Notes: generated by a model from the letters alone, not told the origin. Shown: positions 10,499 through 20,435, counted from the stretch's first letter. The stretch is DNA of 64,000 nucleotides from Bacteroidota bacterium (GCA_040388745.1 JAZKBF010000032.1:82246-146245), one strand, 5' to 3'. Made by a program: numbers and translations.

Positions 10499-11194
10499 AT
10501 GGAAAAAGTAAAAGTGTTATTGGTGGAAGATGATCCTAATTTAGGAAGTCTTTTAAAAGAATACCTTGAAGCGAAAGGATATTCAACTATTCTGGCAGTG
10601 AATGGTAAACAAGGCTACGATGTTTTTTCAAAAGATAAATTCAATATTTGTATTTTGGATGTGATGATGCCAATTAAAGATGGCTTTACGCTGGCAAAAG
10701 AAATTCGTGCAATTGATAATAATGTTCCCATTGTTTTTTTAACGGCCAAATCTATGAAAGAGGATGCTGTTGAGGGTTTTACTGCAGGTGCAGATGATTA
10801 TATCACAAAGCCCTTTAGCATGGAAGAATTATTATTGCGTATTAAAGCTATATTGCGAAGGACAGAAAATAAAACATCTATACATTCAGAACAAACGGAA
10901 TTTCAAATAGGCAATTATAAATTTGATTATAAACATCAAACGCTTGAAATTAAAGGTGTTCAGCAAAAACTAACTACCAAAGAAGCCGATCTGTTAAAAT
11001 TACTTTGTTTAAATGCCAATGAAATTCTGGATAGAAATTTTGCCTTAAAATCAATATGGCATGATGATAATTATTTCAGTGGCCGTAGCATGGATGTTTA
11101 CATTGCAAAGCTTCGTAAATATTTAAAAGAGGATAGTAGTGTGGAGTTGATCAATGTACACGGGAAAGGGTTTAAATTATTGATCGGGAAATAA
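10499..11194 (+). CDS. OmpR/PhoB-family response regulator with a winged-helix output domain.
   Basis: Receiver domain with LLVEDDP, an ILDVMMP phosphoacceptor Asp context and a LTAKS region. The C-terminal trans_reg_C region includes LTTKEADLLKLL. Lies 44 bp downstream of the kinase on the same strand. Confidence 0.9.
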   Translation: MEKVKVLLVEDDPNLGSLLKEYLEAKGYSTILAVNGKQGYDVFSKDKFNICILDVMMPIKDGFTLAKEIRAIDNNVPIVFLTAKSMKEDAVEGFTAGADDYITKPFSMEELLLRIKAILRRTENKTSIHSEQTEFQIGNYKFDYKHQTLEIKGVQQKLTTKEADLLKLLCLNANEILDRNFALKSIWHDDNYFSGRSMDVYIAKLRKYLKEDSSVELINVHGKGFKLLIGK

Positions 11195-11202
11195 AAAACG
11201 CT

Positions 11203-11592
11203 TTATGCTGTTTTTTGTTTTTTCGCTTTTGTTTTTATCCGTTCCAGATTTTCTTTTACTCTAAACTTAACTATTTTGGTTATTAAGTTTAAAGGTATTG
11301 GTTCGTCAAGGGGAAACTGAATTGTTCCTTTTCCTCCTTTGTATTTAGAAAGTTCTTTTTTAAATGCTTCATTCCCACTTGGAGCGGGATAGAACCCAAT
11401 ATGATTTTTAAAAGCTGCAAAGTGCACCAGGTTGCCGTTTAGGGTAAAAGTTGGTATTGCATAGCTGATGGTTTCTTCTGCCCCTGGTGCGGCCTTTTTA
11501 ATGGTTTCCCGAATTTGTTCCAGAATTTTTTGAATTTCTTTTGGAAAGCCAGCGATATACTCGTCAATGTTTTTAGCTTTTGCTGTTATCAT
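11203..11592 (-). CDS. DUF1801 (YdhG-like) domain protein.
   Basis: 129 aa. The architecture and the NIDEYIAGFPKEIQ...VHFAAFKNHIGFYP segment are typical of DUF1801. Confidence 0.55.
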   Translation of the reverse strand: MITAKAKNIDEYIAGFPKEIQKILEQIRETIKKAAPGAEETISYAIPTFTLNGNLVHFAAFKNHIGFYPAPSGNEAFKKELSKYKGGKGTIQFPLDEPIPLNLITKIVKFRVKENLERIKTKAKKQKTA

Positions 11593-11697
11593 GGGCAGAA
11601 TTTTTATAAATTATTGTTGATGATAATTTAAACAACAAAAATTATATGCCATCTTCATCCTCAAAAATATTTTAGATAGGACAAGCAAAAATTGAAA

Positions 11698-12183
11698 TTA
11701 AATCTTCAATTTATTTATTGCTTTTAAAGGTCCCGGACAATGCTGTGAGTGACAACTTGCACAAGCGGTGATCACCGCATTGTAATTTTTGGATAGGTCT
11801 TCTTTTGGAGAATGATAAAGAGCCTGCAAATTGCTGATGTAATTACTCGCAAAACCTTCAAAAGATTCTTTTTTTGTTTCTGAATCCGTTGGTAATGCGG
11901 TATGGATTTTTAAAAATTCTTCCGGAAATTTTTCCGGCAAATTTCCTTGTTTAATTTTCTCTTTTAAGCTTTGAGATGAACTCATCATGTCGCGCATCAG
12001 TAAAGCCAATTCACTATCACCATTCGGGTTCAGTGGTTTTTTTTCACAAGATGCTTCAGCTGTTGTGGCTTTTTCGCCTGATTGTTTTTCGCTGTTGGAA
12101 CATTGCGCCAACAGTAAAACAGCAAAAATTAAAACAGCAACTACAACAATTTTATTTTTTAAGAATAGCACCATTTGCTTCAA
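11698..12183 (-). CDS. Lipoprotein with a single C-terminal CxxCH motif; a possible small c-type cytochrome or redox protein.
   Basis: Lipobox LLAQC|S after a signal peptide. CASCH near the C-terminus would be a heme-c attachment motif. Its 5' end overlaps the upstream gene by 32 nt. Confidence 0.45.
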   Translation of the reverse strand: MKQMVLFLKNKIVVVAVLIFAVLLLAQCSNSEKQSGEKATTAEASCEKKPLNPNGDSELALLMRDMMSSSQSLKEKIKQGNLPEKFPEEFLKIHTALPTDSETKKESFEGFASNYISNLQALYHSPKEDLSKNYNAVITACASCHSQHCPGPLKAINKLKI

Positions 12184-12646
12184 AAGATATACTTATTTCC
12201 GGTTCAGTGATTTTTGCAATTTCTTCTTTTGTTTTTCCACCATCTTCAGCATAGTGTTGCAGATCAGCTACAGATGTAGTATCAGTGAATGCAACACCTT
12301 CAATGAAAACAATTTTTCCACCTGCATCTTTTGGTAAAAAGAATGCATAATCTTTAAAACGAACTTTCATGCTTTGGTTGTCACCGATATTCATATTCAT
12401 CCAGCAACCTTTTTTCTGACAAACATCTTCGATTGCACCGGTAATTTTTATTTTTAAAGAATCTTTTCCTTTCATTTGGGCAGCCAGCTGGTCAGCAGCA
12501 ATAGCGCCTTCCTGGGTGATGCTATCGCCAAAATATTGCAGTGTAGTATCAACTGCAGATAGTTCATTATTGTTTTCTGATTTGTGATCAGAACATGCTG
12601 CGAAAAGCGCAATACCAAGGGTTGACAGGAATAGTAATTTTTTCAT
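12152..12646 (-). CDS. DUF4920-like lipoprotein.
   Basis: Signal peptide plus lipobox FAAC|S and a KKGCWMNM motif. Size is 164 aa. Confidence 0.5.
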   Translation of the reverse strand: MKKLLFLSTLGIALFAACSDHKSENNNELSAVDTTLQYFGDSITQEGAIAADQLAAQMKGKDSLKIKITGAIEDVCQKKGCWMNMNIGDNQSMKVRFKDYAFFLPKDAGGKIVFIEGVAFTDTTSVADLQHYAEDGGKTKEEIAKITEPEISISFEANGAILKK

Positions 12647-12716
12647 TTTTTTATGTTTGTGTTTTTAAAATGTAGTACAAAGATAATTTTTAAAATTAAC
12701 TAATTAGTACATTAAT

Positions 12717-13445
12717 TTATATGTCTAAATTAATGCATGCTTGTTCCGAAACCATTTGTTCCGCTCGTTTTTTGGAAAAATGTTGAGCGGTACCAACTGT
12801 TTCATTTTCTACAATTAGTTGAATAATAAATTGTTTATCGGCTGCGGTTCCGGCATCATTAACAACCTCGAAACGAAATTCTTTTTTTTCTTTTTGAACC
12901 CATTCAATAAATTTACTTTTAAAATCTATTTCCTTCGTTTCCACTTCATCCATATCAATATGAACATTAATAATGCGGGTAAGAATAAAGGTTTGAGCGG
13001 CATTATACCCTTTATCGAGATAGATGGCGCCAATCAAAGCTTCATACGCATCGCCACTGATAGAGCTTGGTTGAGAAGTTTTAAAGCGATCGTTATTAAC
13101 TTCTATAAATTTATTCAGTCCTAAGTTTTTGGCAACCTGATTGTGTTTTGCTCTGCTCACCATCTTTGAGCGCATCTTGGTTAAAAAACCTTCATCTTTG
13201 AATGGGAATTTTTTAAAAAGATAATCCGCTACTACAGTTCCGATTATAGAATCGCCAAGGAACTCAAGACGTTCATTGCTGTCTTTTACTCCTTTTTTTA
13301 TCATCTGTGCAGCAGAACTATGGCGGAATGCTAATTTATACAAAGCAATATTGCCAGCATAAAAGCCGAGAATATTACGCAATGATTCATGAAATGTTTT
13401 GTCGGGTGAAAAGTATATCCTTAAAGGTTTTGAGAAGAGGGTCAA
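12717..13445 (-). CDS. rnc: Ribonuclease III.
   Basis: RNase III signature ERLEFLGDS plus a C-terminal dsRBD, in a 242-aa protein. Lies downstream of fabF as in many Bacteroidota. Confidence 0.9.
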   Translation of the reverse strand: MTLFSKPLRIYFSPDKTFHESLRNILGFYAGNIALYKLAFRHSSAAQMIKKGVKDSNERLEFLGDSIIGTVVADYLFKKFPFKDEGFLTKMRSKMVSRAKHNQVAKNLGLNKFIEVNNDRFKTSQPSSISGDAYEALIGAIYLDKGYNAAQTFILTRIINVHIDMDEVETKEIDFKSKFIEWVQKEKKEFRFEVVNDAGTAADKQFIIQLIVENETVGTAQHFSKKRAEQMVSEQACINLDI

Positions 13446-13648
13446 GGGTAGTATTTAATATTTAATAAGTAATATGTAATATGTAATAGGCAAAAGGAAT
13501 GTAATATGTAATAGTTAATACGTAATAACTGTGTTTTGTAAACCATTGATTAGAAATAAATTCTGCTGTATTTTTGGCTTTACCAGCAGACATTACATAT
13601 TAAATATTACCTATTAAATACGATACTAAATATTACCTATTAAATATT
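13446..13648 (-). promoter_or_regulatory. Structured AT-rich leader between fabF and rnc. Long imperfect inverted repeats built from GTAATATGTAATA units flank a 60-nt core that carries its own hairpin.
   Basis: The unit GTAATATGTAATAG occurs directly twice, at about 13476 and 13501. Inverted, related copies (CATTACATATTAAATATTACC) lie at about 13590-13650 and include the duplication AAATATTACCTATTAAATA x2. The core CTGCTG...CAGCAG at 13564-13589 is a separate hairpin. Confidence 0.5.
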
Positions 13649-14905
13649 TTATGCAATGTATTTTTTTACAATAACAGAAGCATTGTGTCCGCCAAATCCG
13701 AATGTATTGCTTAATGCGGCATTCACTATACGTTTTTGTGCTTTATGAAATGTAAAATTAAGTTTGTTATCTAATGCAGGATCATCATTAAAATGATTGA
13801 TTGTAGGAGGGATAATATCATTTTGCACTGCCATTACACAAGCAATAGCTTCAATAGCTCCTGCAGCACCTAATAAGTGGCCGGTCATTGATTTTGTTGA
13901 ACTGATATTTAATTTATAAGCATGTTCTCCAAAAACCTTAAGTATGGCTTTTGTTTCTGCAACATCACCAAGCGGTGTAGATGTTCCGTGAACGTTCACA
14001 TAATCGATCTGATCAGCAACCATACCTGCATCTTGCAAGGCATTCTGCATTACATTTATAGCGCCTAATCCTTCAGGATGTGGTGCTGTAATGTGATTTG
14101 CATCAGCTGTTAAACCGCCACCTGCAACTTCAGCATATATTTTGGCGCCACGTTTTAAAGCATGTTCCAATTCTTCTAAAATCAAACATCCTGCACCTTC
14201 ACCAAGTACAAAACCATCACGATCCACATCAAAAGGGCGGGAAGCTGTTTCCGGAGAATCATTTCGTGTAGAAAGCGCATGCATTGCGTTAAAGCCACCA
14301 ACACCTGCTTCACAAACGGCAGCTTCAGAACCTCCTGCTACAATAATATCAGCTTTGCCTAATCTGATATATAATGCTGCGTCAATAAGAGAATTGGTAG
14401 AGGATGCACAAGCCGAAACAGTAGTAAAATTAGGTCCGCGCATGCCAAACATAATAGAAATATGTCCTGAACAAATATCAGCGATCATTTTAGGGATAAA
14501 GAAAGGATTAAAACGTGGAGTTCCATCACCTTTGGCATACGCAAAACATTCGTCTTGAAATGTTTGCAAACCACCAATTCCAGTACCCCAGATAACACCT
14601 GCTTTATCAGGATCGAAAGCGTTTTCACCGTCCAACCCGGCATCACGAACAGCTTGAATAGCTGAACATACACCATATTGAGAGAACGGATCCATTTTTC
14701 TGGCTTCCTTACGGTCTAAATACTCTTCTACATTAAAGCCTTTTACTTCGCATGCAAATTTCGTTTTAAACTTTGAAGCATCAAAACGAGTAATAGGCGC
14801 AGCTCCGCTAACACCCGTGATAAGATTGTTCCAATAATCTGTAACATTATTACCAAGTGGTGTAATAGCACCAAGTCCTGTAACTACTACTCGTCTTGTT
14901 TTCAT
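13649..14905 (-). CDS. fabF: 3-oxoacyl-[acyl-carrier-protein] synthase II.
   Basis: 418-aa KAS II protein with an active-site Cys context (SACASS) and the two catalytic His regions (VNVHGTSTPLGD and GHLLGAAG). Confidence 0.9.
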   Translation of the reverse strand: MKTRRVVVTGLGAITPLGNNVTDYWNNLITGVSGAAPITRFDASKFKTKFACEVKGFNVEEYLDRKEARKMDPFSQYGVCSAIQAVRDAGLDGENAFDPDKAGVIWGTGIGGLQTFQDECFAYAKGDGTPRFNPFFIPKMIADICSGHISIMFGMRGPNFTTVSACASSTNSLIDAALYIRLGKADIIVAGGSEAAVCEAGVGGFNAMHALSTRNDSPETASRPFDVDRDGFVLGEGAGCLILEELEHALKRGAKIYAEVAGGGLTADANHITAPHPEGLGAINVMQNALQDAGMVADQIDYVNVHGTSTPLGDVAETKAILKVFGEHAYKLNISSTKSMTGHLLGAAGAIEAIACVMAVQNDIIPPTINHFNDDPALDNKLNFTFHKAQKRIVNAALSNTFGFGGHNASVIVKKYIA

Positions 14906-14924
14906 AAAATAAATCGTTTAGGAA

Positions 14925-15161
14925 TTATTTTGTATTTGCTTCAATGTAAGAAATAGCGTCACCAACGGTAGCAATTTTTTCTGCCTGATCGTCTGGGATA
15001 GCAATATTAAATTCTTTTTCAAACTCCATTATTAATTCTACAGTGTCTAATGAATCGGCACCTAAATCATTTGTAAAGCTAGCTGTTGGAGTAACTTCTT
15101 TTTCGTCAACTCCTAATTTATCAACGATGATAGCTTTCACTTTTGTTGCAATTTCTGACAT
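14925..15161 (-). CDS. acpP: Acyl carrier protein.
   Basis: 78 aa with the phosphopantetheine attachment site [11 protein letters not shown]. Confidence 0.9.
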   Translation of the reverse strand: MSEIATKVKAIIVDKLGVDEKEVTPTASFTNDLGADSLDTVELIMEFEKEFNIAIPDDQAEKIATVGDAISYIEANTK

Positions 15162-15443
15162 TTTTTTAAATGTTTTAAGGTTAATTAGGGTGCAAAGATA
15201 TAGTTATGTGTATAATAACAAAAAAAATAATTTAAAATCGCTGTTATTTATACATTTATTAACCCTTACCTATTTATTATCAGGCAATTAAAAAATAATA
15301 AAAGGTTTTTTGGAAAATAAAAAATATGATAAAAGAGATTTTTTTTAGTGTTACGAGCCGTTTTTTTGTTGCACAAGATTAGTTGTGGAGAAGAATAGGA
15401 CTGAAGAATTCGTAGATTTGTAAAAAAATGTTGTTCGTACCCA

Positions 15444-16013
15444 ATGAAAAATATTGCCATTTTTGCTTCCGGAGAAGGTACCAATGCTCAAAACATTATT
15501 GATTATTTTAAATCGCCTAGCTGCGGGATAAAAGTGAAATTAATTGTTTCAAATAATTCAGGGGCCAATGTATTGAATCGTGCAAAGGAAGCCGGTATCC
15601 AGAGTATAGTTATAGACCGCGCTACATTTTATAATAGCGATCAACTTATTGATCAATTGAAATCAGCACACATTGATCTAATTGTATTGGCGGGCTTCTT
15701 ATGGAAGGTCCCTGAAAATCTGATTAAAAATTTCCCTGATAAGATCATTAATATTCACCCTGCCTTATTGCCCAAGTATGGTGGGAAAGGCATGTACGGC
15801 ATGAATGTGCATAAAGCGGTGGTAGACGCAAAAGAAAAAGAAAGCGGAATAAGTATTCATTTTGTAAATGAAAATTATGATGAAGGTCAATTAATTGAAC
15901 AGCATATTTGTTCGGTTGAACCTTCTGATACACCAGAAACAGTGGCATACAAAATTCATCAGTTGGAAAACGAATTTTTTCCAAAAGCAATTTTTGAATT
16001 GCTGATGAATTGA
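15444..16013 (+). CDS. purN: Phosphoribosylglycinamide formyltransferase.
   Basis: 189 aa with an N-terminal IAIFASGEGTN motif and a formyl-transferase NIHPALLP motif. Confidence 0.85.
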   Translation: MKNIAIFASGEGTNAQNIIDYFKSPSCGIKVKLIVSNNSGANVLNRAKEAGIQSIVIDRATFYNSDQLIDQLKSAHIDLIVLAGFLWKVPENLIKNFPDKIINIHPALLPKYGGKGMYGMNVHKAVVDAKEKESGISIHFVNENYDEGQLIEQHICSVEPSDTPETVAYKIHQLENEFFPKAIFELLMN

Positions 16014-16095
16014 TCTTATTTTTTTTCTATTATTTTCTTGAAACATTTTTCATACATTCGAAGTACAACCTCACCAAATTATTTGTCGCAAGAAA

Positions 16096-16689
16096 ATGCT
16101 CAAAAAAAATTTTGATAAATTATTGATTGAAGCAGGTTGTGATGAAGCCGGCAGAGGCTGTTTAGCGGGTCCTGTATATGCCGCTGCAGTTATCTTTCCC
16201 AAAAAATTCAAAAATTCCCTTATAGACGATTCAAAAAAATTAAATGATTCGGAACGTAAATTGCTTCGCGTAATTATTGAACAAGAGGCGGTTTCCTGGG
16301 CTGTTGGTATTGCATCTGTGGAAGAAATAGATGAGATCAATATATTAAATGCTTCCTTTTTGGCAATGCATCGCGCTATTGATGGCTTAAAAACCACTCC
16401 TCAAAGTTTACTGATCGATGGGAATCGTTTTAATAAATATAAAAAAATACCACATACCTGTATCATTGAAGGGGATGGTAAATACATGAGCATTGCAGCG
16501 GCATCCATCTTAGCAAAAACATATCGCGATGATTATATGGATGAGTTGCATAATCAATTTCCAATATATGATTGGTTAAATAATAAAGCTTACGCTACTC
16601 TTAAACATCGGGAAGCAATTAAAAAACATGGTATTACGGATCATCATCGTAAGAGCTTCCGACAATTTACTGAACAGGAACAATTGTAG
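16096..16689 (+). CDS. rnhB: Ribonuclease HII.
   Basis: GCDEAGRGCLAGPV motif and a 197-aa length. Confidence 0.9.
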   Translation: MLKKNFDKLLIEAGCDEAGRGCLAGPVYAAAVIFPKKFKNSLIDDSKKLNDSERKLLRVIIEQEAVSWAVGIASVEEIDEINILNASFLAMHRAIDGLKTTPQSLLIDGNRFNKYKKIPHTCIIEGDGKYMSIAAASILAKTYRDDYMDELHNQFPIYDWLNNKAYATLKHREAIKKHGITDHHRKSFRQFTEQEQL

Positions 16690-16691
16690 TA

Positions 16692-17102
16692 CTATTTTTT
16701 TTCGGAAAGTGCCAGGATATGATCAAATTCATGAGGCTTCACTGCCGACACTGATAAACGGCTCAGCTTAATGATCTGCATTTCTGCTAGCTTTTTATCC
16801 GCTTTTATATCCGCTAATGTTACGGGGTGTTTTAATGCTTTGAAGGGTGCAATTTCTACTACGCTCCATGCGGTATCATCGGTTGTAGGATCCTGGTAAG
16901 CTTCCTTTGTTACTTTGGCAATCCCAACAATTTCAAGTCCTTCATTACTATGATAAAAAAATACCAGATCGCCTTTTTTCATAGCGCGCATATTGTTACG
17001 GGCAGCATAGTTGCGCACACCATCCCAAACTGCTTTTTTATCTTTTACAAATTGATCCCAACTGTATTTAAAAGGCTCTGATTTTACTAACCAATGATTC
17101 AT
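16692..17102 (-). CDS. EVE (PUA-like) domain protein.
   Basis: 136 aa with MNHWLVKSEPFKYSWDQ...VWDGVRNYAARNNMRAMKKGDLVFFYHS, the canonical EVE-domain N-terminus. Confidence 0.7.
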   Translation of the reverse strand: MNHWLVKSEPFKYSWDQFVKDKKAVWDGVRNYAARNNMRAMKKGDLVFFYHSNEGLEIVGIAKVTKEAYQDPTTDDTAWSVVEIAPFKALKHPVTLADIKADKKLAEMQIIKLSRLSVSAVKPHEFDHILALSEKK

Positions 17103-17223
17103 GTTATTATAAATAGTTTATGGATATAAATCAATTAATTGTATTGCCACCAAGTCATGCTGAACTTGTTTCAGCATCTATGAGATTCCGAAACAAGTTC
17201 GGAATGACCAACAATATGCTGTA

Positions 17224-17724
17224 CTAGTACTGTAAAGGAACTACTTTCATTTTCTTGATCGTTGAAAGTATAACCATTGTAGTAACATTAGCGATCTCCG
17301 AAATGTTTCTTATTTTGTCCATTGCCAGGCTCTCATAAGCTGCAATATCAGTAACCATTATTTTAAGAACGTAATCAGATGATCCGGTAACATGGTAACA
17401 TTCAATGATTTCGGGGATCTCATCAATTTGTTTAATAAAATTCGGAACCGAATTCCCTCTCGTTTGTGCTAAAGACACCAACATAAAGGTCTGGATCCCT
17501 AAACCAAGACTTTCAACATTTAATTCGGCATGATAGCTTTTAATGATCTTTGCTTTTTCAAGCTTTTTTACCCTTTCAAATGTGGGTGTTGCCGAAAGAC
17601 CTACTTTTTGAGCCAGATCAAGATTGCTGATCCTGCCATCTATTTGCAGCTCTTTTAAAATTTTTAAGTCAGTTTTATCTAATTTTTCAACCTTTTTCAT
17701 ACTTTCTTTCCGATTTTTTTGCAA
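17224..17724 (-). CDS. Lrp/AsnC-family transcriptional regulator.
   Basis: An HTH region (LDKTDLKILKELQIDGRISNLDLAQKVGLS) followed by a C-terminal RAM/AsnC_trans_reg domain. The start may be the internal Met MKKVEKL. Confidence 0.85.
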   Translation of the reverse strand: MQKNRKESMKKVEKLDKTDLKILKELQIDGRISNLDLAQKVGLSATPTFERVKKLEKAKIIKSYHAELNVESLGLGIQTFMLVSLAQTRGNSVPNFIKQIDEIPEIIECYHVTGSSDYVLKIMVTDIAAYESLAMDKIRNISEIANVTTMVILSTIKKMKVVPLQY

Positions 17725-18181
17725 AGAAACAGTAAAAAATGCTAACAGTAAATAATTTTTGAGGATTTTAATCCAAGATTTTACATTATTTAGGTTTATT
17801 CGGTCGTTTTCCCTTCTGCAGCACCCATTATCTATTTTATTATCGACCTTATTTTATTTCCAATTGCCTACTGTTATTTCTGGTTCATCGAAAATTGTTT
17901 AGTCTTTTTTTGATGTGGTTGTACAATTGTAGGCCAATAAGTGAATAAGCGTGTGGTTGGTTGATAAAAAAGGTGTTTTATTGATTTGTTGGCTATTTAA
18001 AAGAATATTATTCTGTTAATTAACAAAATTGAAGATTTAAATTGTTAATAACTTTTTGGCACTTGGGAGTTGGTGGTTTAAAAAAAAGCCCTACCCTTGC
18101 CCTGTCAAAAAAACTGCTCTAACGAGATAAGGCAGAATAAGGTTTCAAAAATTTCAAGTATTTAAGAATAAAAAACTAAAA

Positions 18182-20053
18182 TTGAATAATATGAAAAAAA
18201 CAATACTCTACTCTTTTGTTGCTTTGTCAATGATGGGAGTTTCTGCTCAAGCTCAAAGCATCCGTTGCAGTACCATGGAAAATTTAGAAAGATTAAAATT
18301 AGCTGATCCAACTTTAGAAAGCCGTATGGCTAAAATAGAGAAACAAAGTCAACAAATAATTTCGAAAAGTGCCGGAGAAGGCAGTTTAGAGGTTGCTTCA
18401 ATCATTAATATACCTGTGGTTGTTCACGTTTTGTATAAAACTGCAGAACAAAACATAAGCACAGCACAGATCCAATCTCAAATAGATGTTTTAAACGAAG
18501 ACTTCAGAAGATTAAATTCCGATAAAATAAATACGCCTTCAGGTTTTGCCTTAGGCGCTGCAGATGCAGAGATCACTTTTTGCCTTGCTTCTATCGATCC
18601 TAACGGAGCTGCAACAACAGGTATCATCAGAAAGCCTACTTCAGTGAGTTCATTCAGCGATAATGATGGCTCAAAATATGCATCTTATGGAGGTGATAAC
18701 GCATGGCCTTCAGATAGTTATCTTAATATCTGGGTTTGTAATTTGGGTGGTGGATTACTTGGATATGCTCAGTTTCCCGGTGGACCCGCTTCAACTGATG
18801 GGGTAGTGATCAATTACAATTACTTCGGAAGAGGTTTTGCTACCGGTGCTCCATACAATAAAGGAAGAACTGCAACACATGAAGTGGGCCATTGGTTGAA
18901 TCTTCGTCATATCTGGGGTGATGCATCATGTGGTAATGATCTTGTTTCCGATACTCCAACTCAACAAACTTCAAACTACGGTTGTCCTTCTTTCCCTAGC
19001 GTAACCTGCTCAAACACTGTAAATGGCGATCAGTTCATGAATTATATGGATTATACCGATGATGGTTGTATGAATATGTTTTCGACAGGACAAAAATCCA
19101 GAATGAAGTCATTATTTGTATCCGGAAATGCAAGAGCAGACTTAGCTTTATCATCAGCATGTGGCGGATCAGTTCCGGTTCCACCATCTACTTCATCCTC
19201 TTCCATAGTAACATTAGGTACTGGTGTTGGCACTATGGCTGCTCCTTATGGTACCTATTATATGGATGAAAAATCACAATTTATCATTACCAGAGCAGAA
19301 CTTGTTGCTGCCGGTTATTCTCTTACACAAAATGTTATCGAGGCACTTGCATTTAATGTTCAGACTGCAAGCGGACAGGCTATGCAAAACTTTACAATAA
19401 AATTAGGTACCACCACTTTAAGCTCTTTCAGCTCTAACACTTATTTAGATAATTCAGCAATGACCACCGTGTATTCAGCAAACCAATCGGTTGTTACCGG
19501 ATGGAACACTCACACATTTACTGATCCATACGCTTACCCGGGAACAGGGAACCTTGTTGTTGAGATATGTTGGGATAACAGCTCTTATACTACAGATACA
19601 AAAGTATACTGCACAAGCCTATCAACTTCTAAAAGCATTGTTAAACAGCAGGATGTTACTACTGGAGGGATCTGCTCCACTACAATTGGTACCAAAGGGC
19701 TTAACCGTCCTAACATAAGATTAACCGTTAGTTCAATTCAACTTGAAGACAGGACATCAGCGGTTGATGGCATACAAGCTCCTGCTCTTACGTTTGCCGT
19801 TTATCCAAATCCTGCTTCTACTTTTTTAAATATCAACTATCAAATTGAATCGGATAATTCAACTGTAACGTTCTCTGTTTATAACATGATGGGTGCTTTA
19901 ATAAGCTCATTAACCGAAGAAAATATTTCCGCTGGTGAGCAAAGTCTTTCCTTAGATTTTACTTCTAATGATAATATGTCGGATGGTATTTATTTGCTTT
20001 CGCTTAATGTGAATGGAGCAATTCAAACTAAACGATTTGTGTTAAAGCGTTAA
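18182..20053 (+). CDS. Secreted M43 (cytophagalysin/pappalysin-like) zinc metalloprotease with a C-terminal T9SS type-A sorting domain.
   Basis: Signal peptide; zinc-binding motif HEVGHWLNLRHIWGD (HExxHxxGxxH); and a C-terminal Por secretion tail of about 85 aa (VYPNPASTFLNI...GIYLLSLNVNGAIQTKRFVLKR). Confidence 0.8.
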   Translation: MNNMKKTILYSFVALSMMGVSAQAQSIRCSTMENLERLKLADPTLESRMAKIEKQSQQIISKSAGEGSLEVASIINIPVVVHVLYKTAEQNISTAQIQSQIDVLNEDFRRLNSDKINTPSGFALGAADAEITFCLASIDPNGAATTGIIRKPTSVSSFSDNDGSKYASYGGDNAWPSDSYLNIWVCNLGGGLLGYAQFPGGPASTDGVVINYNYFGRGFATGAPYNKGRTATHEVGHWLNLRHIWGDASCGNDLVSDTPTQQTSNYGCPSFPSVTCSNTVNGDQFMNYMDYTDDGCMNMFSTGQKSRMKSLFVSGNARADLALSSACGGSVPVPPSTSSSSIVTLGTGVGTMAAPYGTYYMDEKSQFIITRAELVAAGYSLTQNVIEALAFNVQTASGQAMQNFTIKLGTTTLSSFSSNTYLDNSAMTTVYSANQSVVTGWNTHTFTDPYAYPGTGNLVVEICWDNSSYTTDTKVYCTSLSTSKSIVKQQDVTTGGICSTTIGTKGLNRPNIRLTVSSIQLEDRTSAVDGIQAPALTFAVYPNPASTFLNINYQIESDNSTVTFSVYNMMGALISSLTEENISAGEQSLSLDFTSNDNMSDGIYLLSLNVNGAIQTKRFVLKR

Positions 20054-20089
20054 TAAAAATTGAGCTCGCATGATTGAGTGAAACCATTT

Positions 20090-20288
20090 GGGCGTTCCCT
20101 TAAAAACCTCAGCCCTTCTCTCTCCATATGGAGAGAGAAGGGCTGAGGTTTTTAAGGGCGGGCTTTGAGTTTATCCTGAGCGAAGTCGAAGGGCTTCAAT
20201 CTTTCCCGATAAAAATCGGGAAAGCCTGCCCGAATGAACGGATTCATTCGTTCGGGCGGGGATTTACGCTGCAATCCCTAACGCAGCC
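20090..20288 (+). repeat. Intergenic multi-hairpin repeat element, copy A (full length, about 200 bp).
   Basis: Begins GGGCGTTCCC and ends ...GGGCGGGGATTTACGCTGCAATCCCTAACGCAGC. Contains three palindromic modules, including CCCGAATGAACGGATTCATTCGTTCGGG. Related copies lie at 22349..22477 and, inverted, at 23280..23377. Confidence 0.8.
20102..20153. terminator. Strong bidirectional rho-independent terminator (perfect 21-bp-arm palindrome with flanking A5/T5), embedded in repeat copy A.
   Basis: AAAAA-CCTCAGCCCTTCTCTCTCCAT|ATGGAGAGAGAAGGGCTGAGG-TTTTT. Lies 50 bp downstream of the M43 protease stop. Confidence 0.7.
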
Positions 20289-20435
20289 TTCAGGTTGAAA
20301 CTATAAGCCTGCTTAAATTTGTTCAAAAATAGTTTTTCAACCTTCGCACTATTTCCCGACTCAGCTCGAACAATGTCGTTTAGTTAAGAGAAAAATATCC
20401 ACCCACAGTCTTCGACAAGCTCTGACTGACCGCGC

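Noticed and set aside
14142-14558. 138-aa plus-strand ORF inside fabF (and a 63-aa minus-strand ORF at 14485..14676).
   Set aside because: Antisense or alternate-frame overlap with the highly conserved KAS II gene. The composition is biased toward Pro, Ser and Ala, a frame artefact.
16692-17102. EVE-domain protein as a possible modified-base-sensing defence component.
   Set aside because: It is a stand-alone 136-aa EVE protein between rnhB and an Lrp regulator, with no nuclease, ATPase or methyltransferase partners. This is consistent with the widespread housekeeping EVE family.
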